From: Planctomycetota bacterium
GTDB lineage: Bacteria > Planctomycetota > UBA8108 > UBA1146
Direction: 5' to 3'
Assembly: GCA_036338595.1 (NCBI GenBank)
Contig: JAYZBV010000034.1
Coordinates: 1-50,271 of the forward strand
DNA: 50,271 nt
The notes under the pieces are model-generated. The model saw only the letters and a list, made by a program, of their open reading frames with translations, searched no databases and had not been told where the DNA came from. Numbering within the stretch: the first letter of the stretch is position 1; every line of letters starts with the position of its first letter. A program made the translations under genes and the position numbers. This document shows, one piece after another, positions 46,459 through 50,271 of this stretch.

Positions 46459-47604
46459 TCACGCCTCCAGCACATGCCTGGCGATGATCAGTCGCTGGAT
46501 CTGATTGGTGCCCTCGTAGATCTGCATCACCTTGGCGTCTCGCATCAGTTTCTCGACCGGGTATTCCTTCGAGTATCCGTAGCCGCCAAAGACCTGCACC
46601 GCATCGGTAGCGGCCTTCATGGCGATGTCGCCGGCGAAGCACTTGGCCATCGAGCATTGCTTGGTGTTGCGTTGCCCCTGATCGATCATCCACGCCGATT
46701 GCCAGGTCAACAGCCGTGCCGCTTCCACATCCTTGGCCATGTCGGCAATTATGAACTGTATCGCCTGCTGCCGGGCGATCGGTTTCCCGAATGCCCGACG
46801 ATCGAGAGAATAGCGGGTCGCCTCCTCCAGTGAACGCCGTGCCACCCCCACCGCCGCAGCAGCGACACCCGGCCGTGTGCGATCAAAGGTTTTCATGGCG
46901 ATGAGGAAACCCTTGCCCTCGGCTCCGATTCGGTTTGCTGCCGGGATCTCCACATCCTGGAAGTTGATGAAGACGGTGTTGGAAGCTCGCTGCCCCATCA
47001 TGTCTTCTTTTTTACCGATCTCGATCCCGTCTGCATCGGAAGGAACCACGAAACAGGTGATCCCTTCGTGTCCGCTCCCGGGATCGGTGCTGGCAAACAG
47101 GATGAAGAACCCTGCGTGTGATCCACCCGAAACCCACGCCTTGGATCCATTGATGAGATAGCTGTCTCCCTTTCGAATCGCCGTGGTACGAAGCGACGCA
47201 GCATCGCTTCCTGCGTCCGGTTCCGACAGGCAATAGGAAGCCGTGATGTGCTCGGAGGTGAGTTTTCCAAGCCACTTCTTCTTTTGCTCTTCATCTCCGC
47301 CGATCAGGATCGGAACCGCTGAGAGGTTATTGACGGTGATGCTGATGGCCATTCCTGAACAGCCGAAGGCCAGTTCCTCGGTGATGAGCGCCTCCTCGAA
47401 GTGACCCAGGGCCCCCCCGCCATACTGGTCCGGAATGGTGATGTTCATCAGGCCCAGTTCGAAGGCCTGGGCAGCAACAGCAGTGGGATACTCGCCAGTG
47501 CGGTCATGGTGCTCGGCGACCGGGACGACCTCCTTGGCGACGAATTCACGACTCATATCGACCAGCATCCGCTGTTCGTCGGAGAGTGCGAAGGATACCA
47601 TCAT
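46459..47604 (-). CDS. Acyl-CoA dehydrogenase
   Basis: YCLSEP.AGSD, NGSK.W.S, KMGQR-like DMMGQRAS, R..FG..I...QAIQF, Q.FGG.GY..E..VE...RDAK..QIYEGT. Confidence 0.97.
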   Translation of the reverse strand: MMVSFALSDEQRMLVDMSREFVAKEVVPVAEHHDRTGEYPTAVAAQAFELGLMNITIPDQYGGGALGHFEEALITEELAFGCSGMAISITVNNLSAVPILIGGDEEQKKKWLGKLTSEHITASYCLSEPDAGSDAASLRTTAIRKGDSYLINGSKAWVSGGSHAGFFILFASTDPGSGHEGITCFVVPSDADGIEIGKKEDMMGQRASNTVFINFQDVEIPAANRIGAEGKGFLIAMKTFDRTRPGVAAAAVGVARRSLEEATRYSLDRRAFGKPIARQQAIQFIIADMAKDVEAARLLTWQSAWMIDQGQRNTKQCSMAKCFAGDIAMKAATDAVQVFGGYGYSKEYPVEKLMRDAKVMQIYEGTNQIQRLIIARHVLEA

Positions 47605-47767
47605 GGGCCTTTCCGGAGGCGAGGACCGGCTGGATGCTGGTCCTGATTACATCGTCTGGCGCTAGTGGAGACTTCCTGTTGTGCCTGCGTTACTTTGTCC
47701 GCTGACATGCCCTGGCGCAAGCGATGGGCAAGCGACCGACCGAAGGAAGAATGAGAGGAGAAATCGC

Positions 47768-48835
47768 GTGGCACGCGTACTGGTAGCGATGAGCGGTGGA
47801 GTCGACTCCAGCGTTGCTGCCCACCTACTACGAGAGCAGGGGCACGAGGTGATCGGAGCCTTCCTGCGGCTGGGAGACGGCGGCCAGGCGGCGGAGAAGA
47901 GCCGTGCCTGCTGCACCGTCGAAGATGCCATCGATGCCAGACGGGTCGCCGATGTGCTGGAGATCCCCTTCTACTCCTTCAACTACGCCGAGCAGTTCAG
48001 AAAGATCATCGATTACTTCGTCGACGAGTATCGAGATGGCCGTACTCCCAACCCTTGTGCCCGTTGCAACCAGTGGATCAAGTTCGATGTCTTTCACGAT
48101 CTGGCCAGAGACCTCGGTGCCGAATTCGTCGCTACCGGTCACTACGCCCAGGTCATCGAAGGCGTGGATGGTCCCCGACTCGCTCGTGGCCTCGATGGAG
48201 ACAAGGATCAATCCTACTTCCTCGCCACCGTGCCCTACTCGGTACTGAAGGAGTGCCTGTTTCCGGTCGGCGACCTTCGCAAATCCGCAGTGAGAGATCT
48301 CGCTGGAGCCGCCAGTTTGCCAGTGGTTCAGAAAGCAGAGAGCCAGGAGATCTGCTTCGTGCCCGCCAACGATTATCGTCGAGTCATCCGCAAGGAAGCT
48401 CCAGAGAGCCTCCAGCAAGGAGACATCATCGATGAGGAGGGCGACAAGATCGGGACCCACGAGGGGTACGCCGCATACACCGTCGGTCAACGCCGAGGAC
48501 TCGGCATCGCCGCCGGCGAACCACGCTATGTCGTGAAAACGGACCGAACCACCAACCAGGTAGTGCTCGGTCGCCGGGAATCATTGCTCGAGGATCAGTT
48601 CCAGATCTCCGAGATGAACTGGCTCAGACCAAAGCCACCGGAACTTCCCCTTCGCTGCACGGTTCAAATTCGCCATGGCGGCACGCCTCAGCCGTGCACG
48701 GTGGAGGTCACTCCTGCCAATGAATGGCTGCAGATATCACTCGACCAGCCGGTGTTCGCCATCGCATCGGGGCAGGTCGCTGCCCTGTACGACGACAATG
48801 TGGTACTCGGGGGAGGCTGGATCGAGAAGTCCTGA
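47768..48835 (+). CDS. mnmA: tRNA 2-thiouridine(34) synthase MnmA
   Basis: AMSGGVDSS, TPNPC..CN, ATGHYA, KDQSYFL, ESQEICF, T.GQRRG, GQ....Y. Confidence 0.97.
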   Translation: MARVLVAMSGGVDSSVAAHLLREQGHEVIGAFLRLGDGGQAAEKSRACCTVEDAIDARRVADVLEIPFYSFNYAEQFRKIIDYFVDEYRDGRTPNPCARCNQWIKFDVFHDLARDLGAEFVATGHYAQVIEGVDGPRLARGLDGDKDQSYFLATVPYSVLKECLFPVGDLRKSAVRDLAGAASLPVVQKAESQEICFVPANDYRRVIRKEAPESLQQGDIIDEEGDKIGTHEGYAAYTVGQRRGLGIAAGEPRYVVKTDRTTNQVVLGRRESLLEDQFQISEMNWLRPKPPELPLRCTVQIRHGGTPQPCTVEVTPANEWLQISLDQPVFAIASGQVAALYDDNVVLGGGWIEKS

Positions 48836-48879
48836 GGCGTCCAGCTTCCTCAGGACCTCCTGGTCGATCCACACCTGTC

Positions 48880-49857
48880 TCAGCGCCGCCGCGCGGCTCT
48901 GGCCGACGTGATCCGGTCCGCGAATTCTTGCAATTCGGTCTCGATATTCTTGACCTGCTTTTGGGTCAGTTTGTTGCGAGTTTTTCCGATCATGTCGATG
49001 AAGTGGGCGCGCTCTTCAGGCGCCACCGGGCAACCGATATTACCTTCCGGCCCATCCCCGGTGATGAGCGTCTTGCCATCTCCATCGAGAATCACCATCC
49101 AGGGGATTCCGCCGGTTTTCTTACCCCGGATCCGTGCCGCCACTTCTTTGCCACCGGTCATGCGATCGGTGTCGATTTTCAGATCGATGTAGTCGTTGGC
49201 GAGTAACTTCGATACTTCTGGTGTGCCGAGGAACTCCTCGAGCTTGCCGCACCAGCCTCACCACGGTGCACCGAGATGCAGTAACACCTTGCGGCCATCC
49301 TTCTTCGCTTGCTTCAACGCCGCTGCCAGCACCTTCTCGGCATCTTCCGGGGGCGTCTTCTGCTCCTGCAGGAACTTTTCGACCTTGGCGCTATCGTGAT
49401 GGTCTCCCTCTTCCAGGTCGCCGGTGTTCTGGTTGGCCACGACCTTGCCAGATCCATCCAGGACGGTGATGTAGGGAACCCCCTGCTTCTTCAACTTCGC
49501 ACCATACTTCTCGGTGATGCTCATATTCTTGTCGAAGTGACCGATGTCTACCTTCACCACTTCGTATTCATAGCGGACAGTTCGCGCCACGGTTCGATCC
49601 TTCTTGAAGAACTGATCGAGTTTGACGCACCACCCGCACCAGTTGCCGCCGAAGACCACCATCACACGCTTGTGATTCTTGCCTGCCCTGGCCACTGCAG
49701 CGGCAATGTCTGCAGCCGCATCGGCGTTCTCATCGTAGACGGCAGGAGCGTCTTTCTTCTCGACAGCCTCCTTCGCTTCCTGGCCAAGGACTTGAGCGGC
49801 CGGAATTTGAACGATCAGGATCAAGATCAGAGACAGGAAACCAGGTTTGAGATTCAT
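48880..49857 (-). CDS. Exported tandem thioredoxin-fold protein, probable selenoprotein (in-frame TGA at 49258-49260)
   Basis: Track ORFs 49258..49866 and 48880..49161 share a frame, and the only interruption is one TGA: LHLGAPW-TGA-GWCGKLEEFL...DYIDLKIDTDRM. Domain 1 has GGNWCGWCVKL and GVPY; domain 2 has GIPW. Confidence 0.88.
49218..49255 (-). promoter_or_regulatory. Candidate bacterial SECIS element
   Basis: mRNA after the UGA: GG-CUGGUG-CGGCAAGCU-CGAGG-AGUU-CCUCG-GCA-CACCAG. Lower stem CUGGUG/CACCAG, upper stem CGAGG/CCUCG, apical loop AGUU 22 nt after the UGA. Confidence 0.7.
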
Positions 49858-50033
49858 CTGACGCACCCCTTCCTCAGCATGACGACCTTGTCGATGACAG
49901 GAATCACCTGCGATCGATCAGTCGGCATCGTAGCAGGGATGAGGGGTGGCATCAGCCAACGACTACGAGCGGTAGAGACTGGCATGAGCTGGTTTCTTCC
50001 TCGATGCTGATCGCTCACGGGAGGGACTACAGC

Positions 50034-50271
50034 ATGGACGATCGGTGGATCCAGGAACAGATCGACAACTGGGTTTCTGATTTCCTCATCGACGATGCGG
50101 GCGACCGTGTCGATCCCGCACTGGCACCTCATGCTCAGGGAATTCTCGCTACCTTTCTACGCCACGCCTGCTCGGTTCGTCAGGTTGCCCCGGACGCCAT
50201 CGAGGAGAAAGACGTCCGTGCTGGACTGCTTGATGGGCTCGGCTCACTCTCCCTCTCCGAGAAACTACAGC
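50034..50271 (+). CDS. Hypothetical protein, 3' end outside the window
   Basis: ATG 50034 after GGGAGGGA; frame is open to the window edge (MDDRWIQEQIDNWVSDFLIDDAGDRVDPALAPHAQGILATFL...). Confidence 0.65.
   Translation, partial: MDDRWIQEQIDNWVSDFLIDDAGDRVDPALAPHAQGILATFLRHACSVRQVAPDAIEEKDVRAGLLDGLGSLSLSEKLQ

Noticed and set aside
5359..46833. Other long opposite-strand ORFs (for example 5359..6414, 18460..19500, 27579..28694, 33581..34555, 41331..42659, 44924..45820)
   Set aside because: Each overlaps a well-supported gene on the other strand and shows no family signature.
49258..49260. The TGA as a pseudogene stop or a genome-wide TGA reassignment
   Set aside because: It falls exactly on the catalytic Cys position, the downstream frame is intact and a SECIS-like stem follows. 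Many other genes here end in TGA with ATGA coupling, so the standard code applies.
49854..50132. 92-aa minus-strand ORF upstream of the thioredoxin gene
   Set aside because: No motif, and it overlaps a better + strand ORF starting at 50034 with a good RBS.

Overview
GC-rich, gene-dense bacterial chromosomal region, most likely from a planctomycete (inferred from the dockerin-type C-terminal module, FG-GAP surface protein, Gld-type ABC operon and large kinase-ATPase-TPR protein). It holds about 41 CDSs and one tRNA-Leu(TAG). I saw no integrase, transposase, phage gene, rRNA or CRISPR array. In order: a truncated PhoD phosphatase; a LysM protein; the ruvB-SpoIID-tgt-yajC-secDF operon; an MFS transporter; LysM and cohesin/dockerin surface proteins; ribBA; a free-standing B3/4 domain; a long + strand run (LPS-kinase-like, MDP-1, GldA/F/G-DUF4340, tdk, M32 peptidase, FAD/Fe-S membrane oxidoreductase); an orphan FlgN-like gene; tRNA-Leu; GNAT and cysteine desulfurase; flavin reductase; an FG-GAP lipoprotein; ThuA; ALDH; apgM; GT4-rhomboid-DUF445; a stand-alone archaeal-type ThrRS editing domain; a Ser/Thr kinase-ATPase-TPR gene followed by a GAF/sigma54 activator; DUF503; an MBL-fold protein; acyl-CoA dehydrogenase; and mnmA. 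The best hidden signal is at 48880-49857 (-). Two ORFs that the track splits are one exported tandem-thioredoxin gene with an in-frame TGA at the first Cys position of the second active site (WCGWC, then W-TGA-GWC), followed by a hairpin matching the bacterial SECIS model, so it is a probable selenoprotein. All family calls come from motif recognition by eye; no database search was run.
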